In this document: positions 1 to 11,359 of the stretch, piece after piece | How the letters are laid out: the number at the start of each line of letters is the position of its first letter | Numbering within the stretch: position 1 is the stretch's first letter | NCBI GenBank assembly: GCA_963666515.2 | Contig: OY762897.2 | Coordinates: 992,001-1,056,000, forward strand | Origin: Candidatus Binatia bacterium | Lineage (GTDB): Bacteria > Desulfobacterota > Binatia > UBA9968 > JAJDTQ01 | Direction: 5' to 3' | DNA: 64,000 nt | The notes under the pieces: model-generated | Database searches by the model: none | Seen by the model: the letters and a program-made list of their open reading frames with translations, nothing else | What the model was told of the DNA's origin: nothing | Made by a program: the position numbers and the translations under genes

Positions 1-1522
1 GCGCATCTGCCGCGCCCTGCGCGACGGCGAGCGGATCTGCGTCTGGGGCGACTACGATGTGGACGGCACCACCGGCGCCGCGGTGCTGGTGTCGTTCCTG
101 CGCGAGATCGGCCGCGAGGCCATGTTCTACATCCCGCACCGGATCGACGAAGGCTACGGCATGAGCCGCCAGGGCATCGAGCACCTCCGTTCCCAGGAGG
201 TGGCGCTCATCATCACCGTGGACTGCGGCATCTCCAACGCCGACGAGGTGGCCTACGCCAGAACCCTTGGCATGGACGTGGTGATCGTCGACCACCACCA
301 GTTGCCGGAGCGGCTGCCGGACGCGGCGTCGGCCGTCATCAATCCCCAGCGGACCGACTGCGACTTCCCGGACAAGGGCCTGTGCGCCGCGGGGCTGGCC
401 TTCTATCTCGTAATCGGCCTGCGGGCGAACCTCCGGGAATCGGGCTGGTTCGAGCCGGACGGCGTGCCCGACATCCGCCGTCACCTGGACATCGTGAGCC
501 TGGGGACCATCGCCGACATGGTGCCGCTACGGGGCGCCAACCGGGTGCTGACCCGCCGCGGGCTGGTGGAGTTGGGCAGCTCCCGCCGGCCGGGTATCGT
601 GGCGCTGCGGGAAGTGGTGGGCGTGCCCCCGGGCGCGGTGGACGCCGGCACCGTGGCCTTCCAGCTCGGGCCGCGGATCAACGCCGCCGGCCGCATGGAC
701 GCCGCGCTCAAGGTGGTGGAGATGCTCACCACCGATTCCCGCGAGACCGCGGACGAGATCGCCAAGGAGCTGGACAACCACAACCGGGAACGGCGGGAAA
801 CCGAGGCGCAGGTGCTGGAGGAAGCGCTGGCGCAGATCGAGGAGAGAGGTCTCCGGGACCGATGGTCCATCGTGGTGGGGAGCCGGGGCTGGCACCCCGG
901 CGTGCTCGGCATCGTGGCCTCGCGCATCGTCGAGCGGTTCCACCGGCCCACCATCGTCATCGGCTTCGAGGGCGGCGAGGGCAACGGGGAAGGAAAAGGC
1001 TCCGGCCGGAGCATCCGCGGCTTCCACATGGTGCAGGCCATGCGCCGGTGCGCGGATATCCTGGGACGTTTCGGCGGCCACGAGCACGCCGGCGGCCTGA
1101 GCATCCGGGAAGAGAACCTGGAGGCCTTTGCCGGGCGTTTCGAGGAGGCGGCCAGGGAGGTCCTTGACGAGGAAGACCTGCTGCCGTATCTCGACGTGGA
1201 CACGGAAGTGGATTTCGGGCAGTTGAGCCTGGGTCTGGTGCGGCAGATGCGGCTCCTGGGCCCCTTCGGGGTGGGCAATCCCGAGCCGGTCTTCCAGACC
1301 CAGGGGGTGGAGGTCTGCGAGCGCCGGGATTTCAACACGGTCTCGCGTTTCCGCCTCAGGCACAACGACTATACCGCCACCGCGGTGGCCTTCGGGCCTC
1401 CCGAGAAACTCCCCGTTCGGGTGAACGAAAACGTCGACATCGCTTATCGCCTCAGGGAGAACGAGTGGCAGGGCACCTACGCCCTGGAGTTGCGTTTGCT
1501 GGATGTCAGGGCGCGGCCTTGA
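1..1522 (+). CDS. recJ: Single-stranded-DNA-specific exonuclease RecJ (5' end outside window)
   Basis: Frame is open from position 2. Motifs: GDYDVDG, ITVDCG, VDHH, GPRINAAGR, GSGRS, GGH, PFGVGNPEP. Confidence 0.96.
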   Translation, partial: RICRALRDGERICVWGDYDVDGTTGAAVLVSFLREIGREAMFYIPHRIDEGYGMSRQGIEHLRSQEVALIITVDCGISNADEVAYARTLGMDVVIVDHHQLPERLPDAASAVINPQRTDCDFPDKGLCAAGLAFYLVIGLRANLRESGWFEPDGVPDIRRHLDIVSLGTIADMVPLRGANRVLTRRGLVELGSSRRPGIVALREVVGVPPGAVDAGTVAFQLGPRINAAGRMDAALKVVEMLTTDSRETADEIAKELDNHNRERRETEAQVLEEALAQIEERGLRDRWSIVVGSRGWHPGVLGIVASRIVERFHRPTIVIGFEGGEGNGEGKGSGRSIRGFHMVQAMRRCADILGRFGGHEHAGGLSIREENLEAFAGRFEEAAREVLDEEDLLPYLDVDTEVDFGQLSLGLVRQMRLLGPFGVGNPEPVFQTQGVEVCERRDFNTVSRFRLRHNDYTATAVAFGPPEKLPVRVNENVDIAYRLRENEWQGTYALELRLLDVRARP

Positions 1523-1707
1523 TCCCGCTCCCGGGGGCACCCTATATTGAACTTGGGCTAAAGTTCCCTCCCGCGACGCCGATTAGTAGATTGTAGGGAA
1601 CGCATTCGCCTGCATGTAGCGGCGGGGTGGCCGCGGCGTTTGATTTCCAGTAGCGGCAAGACCTATCATGGTCACCCGGGAACCGGCGGACCGAGGGAAG
1701 GCGGGTC

Positions 1708-2289
1708 ATGTCTGTATCGGAATGGACAGGAATCATGCAAGCCGCCATCAGCCTGCTGATGGTCGGGGTTGTATGGGTCGGCATCGTGCTGATGCGCCGG
1801 GCCGGGGACCAGCGCTCCAAGCGCGACGACCAACGCCACGCCGAAGCCATGGCCGCTCACGAGGAAGTCATGGCTGAGCACAGGGAAGCCATGGCCGCGC
1901 ACAAGGCCGCTCACAAGGAAGTCATGGCCACTCACGAGGAAGTCATGGCCGGGCACAAGGCCGCTCACAAGGAGGTCATGGCCGCTCACAAGGAATCCGT
2001 GGTCGTGCACGGCGCCTCGCACGCCGAAGCCATGCGCGCGCTCGAAGCCCTCATCGAACGCACCGCTCGCGGGTGGACGGCCTCCCGGCGGAACCGCCGC
2101 GAGCGTTTGACATCGGCGCGCTTCTCCATTAAAAAGTCACGCAACCATGGTACGTTACGCAGTCGTAAAGACGGGTGGAAAGCAGTACCGGGTCGCCGAG
2201 GGCGAGTTGGTGGACGTGGAGCGCCTGGGCGGCGACGTCGGCGCCACGGTCACCCTGGACGAGGTGCTGCTGGTCAGCGCCGAGGGTGA
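1708..2289 (+). CDS. Small membrane-anchored protein with His/Met-rich heptad/hendecad repeats; 3' end uncertain (overlaps rplU)
   Basis: N-terminal hydrophobic segment, then repeats such as [32 protein letters not shown], ending [10 protein letters not shown]. The tail after ~2070 looks like read-through. Confidence 0.6.
   Translation: MSVSEWTGIMQAAISLLMVGVVWVGIVLMRRAGDQRSKRDDQRHAEAMAAHEEVMAEHREAMAAHKAAHKEVMATHEEVMAGHKAAHKEVMAAHKESVVVHGASHAEAMRALEALIERTARGWTASRRNRRERLTSARFSIKKSRNHGTLRSRKDGWKAVPGRRGRVGGRGAPGRRRRRHGHPGRGAAGQRRG
2107..2135 (+). promoter_or_regulatory. Putative sigma70 promoter for rplU-rpmA
   Basis: TTGACA (2107-2112), 17 bp spacer, TAAAAA, just upstream of the rplU ATG. Confidence 0.45.
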
Positions 2290-2470
2290 GGACGAGGCCC
2301 GGATCGGCACGCCGCTGGTGGCGCAGGCCCAGGTGACCGCGGAGATCGTCGAGCAGGGGCTCGACAAGAAGATCATCGTCTTCAAGAAGAAACGGCGGAA
2401 GGGCTACAAGCGCAAACAGGGCCACCGCCAGAGGCAGACGACCCTGAGAATCGTCGAAATCCAGGCTTGA
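2147..2470 (+). CDS. rplU: 50S ribosomal protein L21
   Basis: [13 protein letters not shown]...[16 protein letters not shown]. Confidence 0.98.
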   Translation: MVRYAVVKTGGKQYRVAEGELVDVERLGGDVGATVTLDEVLLVSAEGEDEARIGTPLVAQAQVTAEIVEQGLDKKIIVFKKKRRKGYKRKQGHRQRQTTLRIVEIQA

Positions 2471-2483
2471 GGCGGAACAACCG

Positions 2484-2738
2484 ATGGCGCACAAGAAATC
2501 AGGCGGCAGCTCGCGCAACGGCCGCGACAGCCAGGGACAGAGGCGTGGCGTGAAACGCTACGGCGGGCAGCACGTCAAGGCCGGCAACATCCTGGTCCGT
2601 CAGTTGGGCACCAAGATCCACCCGGGCAAGAACGTCGGCATGGGGCGGGACTACACCCTGTTCGCTCTGGTCGAGGGCACGGTGGAGTATCAACGCTGGG
2701 GCCGGTCGCGCAAACGGGTCGCCATCCTTCCTGCCTGA
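2484..2738 (+). CDS. rpmA: 50S ribosomal protein L27
   Basis: [23 protein letters not shown]. Confidence 0.98.
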   Translation: MAHKKSGGSSRNGRDSQGQRRGVKRYGGQHVKAGNILVRQLGTKIHPGKNVGMGRDYTLFALVEGTVEYQRWGRSRKRVAILPA

Positions 2739-2857
2739 AACTCCTTCGTGCGCATGCAAGCGCCGTGGGAGGCTCCGATGCTCGCGGACTCGCCGCGGCA
2801 TTCCTCATCTCGTATCCCTGTCCCCGTTTTGTCATAATCGGTATGGGCACGCAGTGA

Positions 2858-5063
<2,206 letters not shown>

Positions 5064-5162
5064 CTCAACGTATGGGGTCCAAGAGAACTTGGGCCGGTCG
5101 ATTGCTCAAGGCGTGCGAGGCTAACTTTGGTAGTGTTCTCGGGGGACAAGAAGAGGAATCAG

Positions 5163-6137
5163 ATGCAGGAACGTGCTCCCAGGAACCGGACCCTGTCGTG
5201 CACGGACGAGGAAGTGATGACGTTGTCACGTGACATTATGCACGTGAAATCGGCCGTTGCTCTGTCGGACATCGAGGGCCAGCTCTTGTCAGGAGATATC
5301 TTTGAGTTGGCGAGATATCTTCCCTCTGCATTTGTCGATCTCCTCATTCTGGATCCACCGTACAACCTTTCCAAGAACTACGACGGCAACCTGTTCAAAC
5401 GGAAAGAACGGGACGAATATCGGTCATGGTTTGAGGGCGTCGTCGATTTGCTGGATCCGATGCTGAAGCCGGATTCGACGATTTACGTGTGCGCCGATTG
5501 GAAGACGTCGACACTCGTGTTGCCGGTCCTGGACTCCAGATTCCACGTCCGTAACAGGATTACCTGGGAACGGGAGAAGGGGCGCGGAGCCAAAAAAAAT
5601 TGGAAGAACAACACAGAGGACATCTGGTTTTGCACGAAATCGGATCGGTATTATTTTGATGTTGACGCAGTCAAGCTCAAACGTCGGGTCCTCGCGCCAT
5701 ACAGGGTCGATGGACGGCCGAAGGATTGGGTTCAAGAAGAAGATGGCAACTATCGCCTTACCTACCCCTCCAACATCTGGAGTGATGTCACGGTTCCGTT
5801 CTGGTCCATGTCGGAGAACACAGATCACCCAACTCAGAAACCGGAGAAGTTGATAGCGAAACTGATCCTTGCCAGTTCGAAAAAGGGAGGTTTCGTGTTC
5901 GATCCCTTCCTCGGCAGCGGTACGAGCGTAGTCGTAGCGGCGAAGCTGCAAAGAAGCTGGTGTGGAGTGGAGATCAATACCCGTTACCTGTGCTGGGCGC
6001 ACAAGCGCGTGACCGCCGCAAAGGAGGACTCGACTATCCAGGGCTATGAGAAGGGGGTGTTCTGGGAGAGAAACTCGGCAGCCGGCCAGCGCACTCAGAA
6101 CAAGTTGAACGAACGCCAGGAAACCCTGTTCTCATGA
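5163..6137 (+). CDS. Site-specific DNA methyltransferase (N4/N6, beta class)
   Basis: DPPY precedes HPTQKP and FDPFLGSGT (beta order); lower GC than the flanks. Confidence 0.92.
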   Translation: MQERAPRNRTLSCTDEEVMTLSRDIMHVKSAVALSDIEGQLLSGDIFELARYLPSAFVDLLILDPPYNLSKNYDGNLFKRKERDEYRSWFEGVVDLLDPMLKPDSTIYVCADWKTSTLVLPVLDSRFHVRNRITWEREKGRGAKKNWKNNTEDIWFCTKSDRYYFDVDAVKLKRRVLAPYRVDGRPKDWVQEEDGNYRLTYPSNIWSDVTVPFWSMSENTDHPTQKPEKLIAKLILASSKKGGFVFDPFLGSGTSVVVAAKLQRSWCGVEINTRYLCWAHKRVTAAKEDSTIQGYEKGVFWERNSAAGQRTQNKLNERQETLFS

Positions 6138-6802
6138 GGTCCGGCTTTTACTACGAGGGGCACCACCAAGCGGTGGCAATAGCAGTCAGAGACTACGTCA
6201 ACTCGTCTCAGGACTTTCTTTCGCCGCGCACCGCTGGGAGCCCGAGAGCGGTGGGCGACGCGATCGAAGCACTTGTTGCCGAGAAGTTTGGCGGTTTTCT
6301 GGGCGATTGGTGCACCCAGTATTCAAGTGAGTTCGCTCGTCGTGCCATGGCGGACATGGCCTTCACCGACAAGGAGGGCATCTACTCTGTAGTGGATGTC
6401 AAGACACACAGAGAAGACGCCCGATTCAGCATGCCCAACCTCACGTCTGTGGATCGACTGGCCCGATTCTACGAGTCAGATGCCAATGTTTTCTCACTTC
6501 TAATGGTCAAATATGCGATTGAAGACACCAGTGTCACGGCGTCTGAGGTGGTCTTCTGTCCCATTGAGTTCTTGGATTGGTCGTGTCTAACTGTCGGCGC
6601 GCTTGGTTGGGGCCAGATCCAGATAGCGAACTCCAACAACATTCGCGTGATTGAGCGAAATTCAAGGAAGGAGTGGATGTTGCAGTTGTGTGATGCATTG
6701 CTAGCGTTCTACCCGAAGGAAATTGGCAAGATACAAGACAGGATTGAGCGTTTCAACGGCGTGCGGAAGTACTGGGAAGCGAAGGAAGACTTATGGCACT
6801 GA
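6134..6802 (+). CDS. Putative type II restriction endonuclease (PD-(D/E)xK)
   Basis: ATGA overlap with the MTase; MADMAF...VDVKT catalytic-like motif; 222 aa. Confidence 0.72.
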   Translation: MRSGFYYEGHHQAVAIAVRDYVNSSQDFLSPRTAGSPRAVGDAIEALVAEKFGGFLGDWCTQYSSEFARRAMADMAFTDKEGIYSVVDVKTHREDARFSMPNLTSVDRLARFYESDANVFSLLMVKYAIEDTSVTASEVVFCPIEFLDWSCLTVGALGWGQIQIANSNNIRVIERNSRKEWMLQLCDALLAFYPKEIGKIQDRIERFNGVRKYWEAKEDLWH

Positions 6803-6824
6803 CGACGTCAGGATTGGAGTTGCC

Positions 6825-8081
6825 GTGGCAGTAGCCGAGGAAGCAATCGCCATCGGACGGCGCGCCCGTGAAGCGGCCGGCGCGTTGGCCAATCTTTCCA
6901 CCGACTCGAAGAACCGGGCCTTGCTGGCCATGGCCGACGGCATCGAGGCGCGGCAGGACTTCCTGCTGGCCGAGAACGCCAGGGACACAGGCGCGGCCGG
7001 GGAGAAGGGGCTTTCGAAGGCGGTGATCGACCGGCTCACGCTGAATCCCCAACGGGTGGCGGCCATGGCCGCGGGTATACGGGACATCGTGGGTCTGCCC
7101 GATCCGGTGCGGCAGGTTACCCGCAAGTGGCAGCGCCCCAACGGCCTGGAGGTGGGGCGGATGCGCATCCCGTTGGGGGTCATCACCATCATCTACGAGG
7201 CCCGGCCCAACGTCACCGCGGATGCCGCGTCGCTGTGCGTGAAGTCCGGCAACGCGGTGATCCTCAAGGGGGGCAGTGAGGCCAGGTTCTCCAACCAGGC
7301 CGTCGGCGACGTGCTGCGGGAAGCATGCGCGCAGGCCGGGGCGCCGGAGGACGCGGTGCAGGTAGTGGGTTCCACCGACCGGGCGATGATCCACGAGCTG
7401 CTCAAGCTCGAGGAATACGTGGACCTGATCATCCCGCGGGGCGGCGAGGAGCTGATCCGGTTCGTGGCGGCCAACTCCCTGGTGCCGGTGGTCAAGCACT
7501 ACAAGGGCGTGTGCCACGTCTACGTGGACAGCGATGCCGACCTGGAGATGGCGGAGCGCATCGCCCTCAACGCCAAGGTCCAGCGTCCGTCGGTCTGCAA
7601 CGCCATGGAGACGCTGCTGGTGCACGAGGCGGTGGCGCCGCAATTCCTGCCAGGGGTGGTGGACAAGCTGAGGGACAGCGGGGTGGAGGTGCGGGGCTGC
7701 GACAGGACGCAAGCCCTGGTTGCCGGGGTATCGCCGGCCAGCGAGGCGGACTGGCACGAGGAATACCTGGACCTGGTGTTGGCGGTGCGGGTGGTGGCGG
7801 ACATGGACGAGGCCATCGGGCACATCCGCAAGTATGGCTCGGACCACACCGAGACCATCGTCACCGCGGACCGCGCCAAGGGCGAGGACTTCGTGGCCCG
7901 GGTCAACTCGTCGGCTGTGCTGGTGAACGCCTCCACGCGCTTCAACGACGGCGGCGAGCTGGGTCTGGGCGCGGAGATCGGCATCAGCACCAGCAAGATC
8001 CACGCCTTCGGCCCCATGGGGTTGGAAGAGCTTACCAGCACCAAGTTCTTCGTGTTCGGCGACGGACAGGTCCGTACCTGA
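6825..8081 (+). CDS. proA: Gamma-glutamyl phosphate reductase
   Basis: PLGVITIIYEARPNVT, IPRGG, CNAMET, NASTRF, GAEIGIST; GTG start at 6825 with GGAG RBS. Confidence 0.96.
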   Translation: MAVAEEAIAIGRRAREAAGALANLSTDSKNRALLAMADGIEARQDFLLAENARDTGAAGEKGLSKAVIDRLTLNPQRVAAMAAGIRDIVGLPDPVRQVTRKWQRPNGLEVGRMRIPLGVITIIYEARPNVTADAASLCVKSGNAVILKGGSEARFSNQAVGDVLREACAQAGAPEDAVQVVGSTDRAMIHELLKLEEYVDLIIPRGGEELIRFVAANSLVPVVKHYKGVCHVYVDSDADLEMAERIALNAKVQRPSVCNAMETLLVHEAVAPQFLPGVVDKLRDSGVEVRGCDRTQALVAGVSPASEADWHEEYLDLVLAVRVVADMDEAIGHIRKYGSDHTETIVTADRAKGEDFVARVNSSAVLVNASTRFNDGGELGLGAEIGISTSKIHAFGPMGLEELTSTKFFVFGDGQVRT

Positions 8082-8088
8082 TACACCC

Positions 8089-8748
8089 ATGAGACTCGGC
8101 CTTTTCGGCGGCACCTTCGACCCCATCCACTTCGGACACCTGAAGAGCGCCGAGGAGGTGAGAGAGGCTTTTACGCTGGACGAGGTCCGCTTCGTGCCGT
8201 GCGGCGTGCCGCCGCACCGGAGCCGGAGGCCCGGCGCCGCGGCCCATCACCGCCTGGAGATGGTGCGGCTCGCGGTGGCGGACAGGCCGAGGCTCGGGGT
8301 CTCCGACGTGGAGGTCACGCGCCCGGGCGCGTCCTACTCCATCGATACCGTGCGCCACTTTTCGGCCGCGCTGTCGCCCGGCGACGACCTCTACCTGATC
8401 CTCGGCCTCGACGCCTTCCTGCTTATCGGCTCGTGGAAGGATTGGCGCGGGCTGCTGGCCCTCACCCACGTTATCGTGACCTCGCGTCCGGGCTTCGGCG
8501 ACACGCTGCCCTACGAAAAGATTCCCGTTGTCGTGCGGGAGGCGTTTTGCTATGATCCGAGCCGGTTCGGTTTCCGGAACGAGCTAGGAAAGGAGATCCT
8601 GTTCAAGCGCTTGACCGATGTCTCCGTCTCCGCCTCGGCCATCCGGGAGCTGCTGGGAAAGGGGAAATCGATTCGCGACCTGGTTCCCTCGGAAGTGCAA
8701 CGCTACGTGGAAGATCAACACCTCTACAACGAGTCGCCGGAGCGCTAG
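8089..8748 (+). CDS. nadD: Nicotinate-nucleotide adenylyltransferase
   Basis: GGTFDPIHFGH, SYSIDT, W..W, SASAIR. Confidence 0.95.
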   Translation: MRLGLFGGTFDPIHFGHLKSAEEVREAFTLDEVRFVPCGVPPHRSRRPGAAAHHRLEMVRLAVADRPRLGVSDVEVTRPGASYSIDTVRHFSAALSPGDDLYLILGLDAFLLIGSWKDWRGLLALTHVIVTSRPGFGDTLPYEKIPVVVREAFCYDPSRFGFRNELGKEILFKRLTDVSVSASAIRELLGKGKSIRDLVPSEVQRYVEDQHLYNESPER

Positions 8749-9218
8749 TGCCCGACACGCCGGTTCTCGACGCAAGAGAGAAGGCGCTGCTGCTCTGCGG
8801 CTTCGCGCTCGAAAAGAAGGCCCAGGACCTCGCGCTCCTGGAGGTCGGCGGGCTCACCACCATCGCCGACTACTTCATCATCTGCTCGGGCCGTTCCGAC
8901 CGGCACGTCCAGAGCATCGCCGAAGGGATCAAGGAAGACGGCCGCCCCCGCGGCCTGCGCCCGCTATCCAGCGAAGGCAACGCCCGGGGCCAGTGGGTGC
9001 TGATGGATTTCTCGGACGTGCTGGTGCACATCTTCTACGAGCCCGTGCGCCGCTTCTACGACCTCGACGGCCTCTGGGCCGGCGCCGCAGCGGTGGAACT
9101 GCCCGAGCCCTACGCCACGCTTGCCGCGCAGTTCACCGGTGAGGACGCTCCGCAGGAACCCTGGCCCTCCGCGGAGGGCGGCTTCGATTCACGCTACATC
9201 GGAAAGCCGGTTCGCTGA
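8748..9218 (+). CDS. rsfS: Ribosome silencing factor RsfS (Iojap)
   Basis: ADYFIICSG, WVLMD..DVLVHIF, RRFYDLDGLW; follows nadD. Confidence 0.93.
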   Translation: MPDTPVLDAREKALLLCGFALEKKAQDLALLEVGGLTTIADYFIICSGRSDRHVQSIAEGIKEDGRPRGLRPLSSEGNARGQWVLMDFSDVLVHIFYEPVRRFYDLDGLWAGAAAVELPEPYATLAAQFTGEDAPQEPWPSAEGGFDSRYIGKPVR

Positions 9219-9261
9219 GAACCGCGACCGGCCTGCACGCATCAAGAAAGAGTAAGTGGGG

Positions 9262-9336
9262 TGGTGATCCCAACGGGACTCGAACCCGTGTTTCTGGCGT
9301 GAGAGGCCAGCGTCCTAACCGCTAGACGATGGGACC
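9262..9336 (-). tRNA. tRNA-Glu (CTC)
   Basis: Reverse complement GGTCCCATCGTCTAGCGGTTAGGACGCTGGC-CTCTCAC-GCCAG...GGTTCGAGTCCCGTTGGGATCACCA. Confidence 0.96.
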
Positions 9337-9337
9337 G

Positions 9338-9413
9338 TGGCTGAGGAGGTAGGACTCGAACCTACAATCGCCTGATCCAGAGTCAGGTGGCTTACCAATT
9401 AGCCGACTCCTCA
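9338..9413 (-). tRNA. tRNA-Gln (CTG)
   Basis: Reverse complement TGAGGAGTCGGCTAATTGGTAAGCCACCTGA-CTCTGGA-TCAGG...GGTTCGAGTCCTACCTCCTCAGCCA; TTGACG-17-TATCCT promoter upstream. Confidence 0.96.
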
Positions 9414-9470
9414 ATGTGATTTCCAAGGATAAATCAATACGCTTCAGGCGTCAAGGTTGGAATCGGGGCC

Positions 9471-10403
9471 ATGGACCATCGCATGCTCGGGATCGCCTGC
9501 GTCGTCAGCGCGGTGACCCTCTTCATCCTCCAGGATGCCACCATCAAGTGGCTGAGCGGTGTCTATCCGCTGCATGAGATCATCCTGGTGCGGGCGACCA
9601 GCGCGGTGGCGGTCACGTTGTTCGCCATGCGTCTCGAAGGCGGTCTTCGGCTGTGGCGCACCCGCCGGGTGGGCCTCATCCTGGCCCGTTCCACCCTGCT
9701 GGTCATCGCCAACAGCACGTTTTTCCTCGGCCTGGCCTCCATGAGTATCGCCGAGGCCACGTCGATCTTCTTTATCGCGCCGGTGCTGATCACCGCGCTG
9801 ACGGCGTTCGTGCTGCGGGAGACGGTGGGCCTCCGCCGCTGGGCCGCGGTGTGCGTCGGCCTCGCGGGCGTCATCGTGATGCTTCGTCCCGATGAGGGCG
9901 CCGTGCGGCTGGTGGCGCTGTTCCCCTTGGCCGCGGCCTGCTGCTACGCGGGCATGCAGATCATGACCCGCCGCCTCGGGACCACCGAGCGCGCCTCCAC
10001 CATCTCCTTCTACTCCCAGGTGGCCTTCATCGTCGCGAGCGTTACCATGGGGCTGGTGGCGGGAGACGGGCGGTTCGCCCCCGACGACAGCGCAATCCTG
10101 GTGTTTCTGCTGCGGGCCTGGACGGCCCCGTCGATCGCGGACGGCGCGCTGTTCCTCGGCATCGGCGCCCTCAACGGAGTCGCCGCCTACCTCATGTCCC
10201 AGGGATACCGCGTCTCGGTGCCCGCGGTGTTGGCGCCGTTCGAGTACGTGGCGCTGCCCATGTCGGTGTTCTGGGGGGTGCTGTTCTTCGGCCACTGGCC
10301 GGACACGGTGACCTACGCCGGGATGGCCCTGGTCTGCGGCGGCGGCCTCTACGTGCTGAACCACGAGAGAGTTCGCAGGAGACGCGGCGGCACCGCCGCG
10401 TAA
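9471..10403 (+). CDS. DMT/EamA family transporter
   Basis: About 10 TM segments; LRETVGLRRW, LAPFEY motifs. Confidence 0.88.
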   Translation: MDHRMLGIACVVSAVTLFILQDATIKWLSGVYPLHEIILVRATSAVAVTLFAMRLEGGLRLWRTRRVGLILARSTLLVIANSTFFLGLASMSIAEATSIFFIAPVLITALTAFVLRETVGLRRWAAVCVGLAGVIVMLRPDEGAVRLVALFPLAAACCYAGMQIMTRRLGTTERASTISFYSQVAFIVASVTMGLVAGDGRFAPDDSAILVFLLRAWTAPSIADGALFLGIGALNGVAAYLMSQGYRVSVPAVLAPFEYVALPMSVFWGVLFFGHWPDTVTYAGMALVCGGGLYVLNHERVRRRRGGTAA

Positions 10404-10462
10404 GCCGATTGCCGGCGGGGCGATCCATGGTCTATCTTACGGGACACCTCGTGGCCGGGAGG

Positions 10463-11332
10463 ATGGAAATGGACAAGACGGAGAAGAAGCCCAAAAAACG
10501 GAAGGACAAGGCGGGGAAGGCGGCGGCGTCTCCGCCGGGCAAGATCGACAACAAGCGCTACGAGAAGGAGTTGCTCCGGCTCCAGATCGAGCTGGTGACC
10601 ATGCTGGAGTGGATCAAGGAAAAGGGGCTCAAGGTGGTGGTGTTGTTCGAGGGCCGCGACGCCGCGGGCAAGGGCGGCGTCATCAAGCGCATTACCCAGC
10701 ACTTGAGCCCCCGCAACTGCCGGGTGGTGGCCCTGCCGGCGCCCACCGAGCGCGAGCGGACCCAATGGTACTTCCAGCGCTACGTCGCTCACCTGCCCGC
10801 GGCCGGCGAGATGGTTCTGTTCGACCGGAGTTGGTACAACCGGGCCGGCGTCGAGCGGGTCATGAACTTCTGCAGCGAGGAGGAGTACCGCGAGTTCCTG
10901 CGCACGTGCCCGGAGTTCGAGCGCATGCTCATCCGCTCCGGCATCAACCTGATCAAGTACTGGTTCTCCGTATCCGACGAAGAGCAGGAGAGGCGCTTCC
11001 GGGACCGGCTCGATTTGAAGCACAAACGCTGGAAGCTGAGTCCCATGGACCTGGAGTCGCGGCGCCGCTGGGTCGATTACTCCAGGGCCAAGGACGACAT
11101 GTTCGCCCACACCGACACCAGGCAAGCTCCCTGGCACGTGGTCGATGCCGACGTGAAGAAGCACGCGCGGCTGAACTGCATCCACCACCTGCTGAGCATG
11201 ATCCCGTATCAGGACCTGGAGCAGGAGTCCATCGAGCTGCCGGAACGCACGGAGGCCGGCTCGTACGTCCGCCCGCCCATGACCGACCAGACCTTCGTCC
11301 CGGAGGTGTATCCGGAAACCGGAGAGAAGTAG
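10463..11332 (+). CDS. ppk2: Polyphosphate kinase 2
   Basis: FEGRDAAGKGG, WYFQRY, FDRSWYNR, WKLSPMD. Confidence 0.95.
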   Translation: MEMDKTEKKPKKRKDKAGKAAASPPGKIDNKRYEKELLRLQIELVTMLEWIKEKGLKVVVLFEGRDAAGKGGVIKRITQHLSPRNCRVVALPAPTERERTQWYFQRYVAHLPAAGEMVLFDRSWYNRAGVERVMNFCSEEEYREFLRTCPEFERMLIRSGINLIKYWFSVSDEEQERRFRDRLDLKHKRWKLSPMDLESRRRWVDYSRAKDDMFAHTDTRQAPWHVVDADVKKHARLNCIHHLLSMIPYQDLEQESIELPERTEAGSYVRPPMTDQTFVPEVYPETGEK

Positions 11333-11359
11333 CATCGGACGCGACGGGGTGTCGGTCGT

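Noticed and set aside
1836-2035. Possible CRISPR or non-coding repeat array
   Set aside because: Units are multiples of 3 with no unique spacers; this is a coding repeat.
5592-5599. A8 tract in the methyltransferase as a phase-variation switch
   Set aside because: Short, in frame and explained by Lys codons (AKKN).
6723-6824. N-terminal extension of proA in the ORF track
   Set aside because: Overlaps the endonuclease gene; GTG at 6825 has an RBS and gives a normal length.
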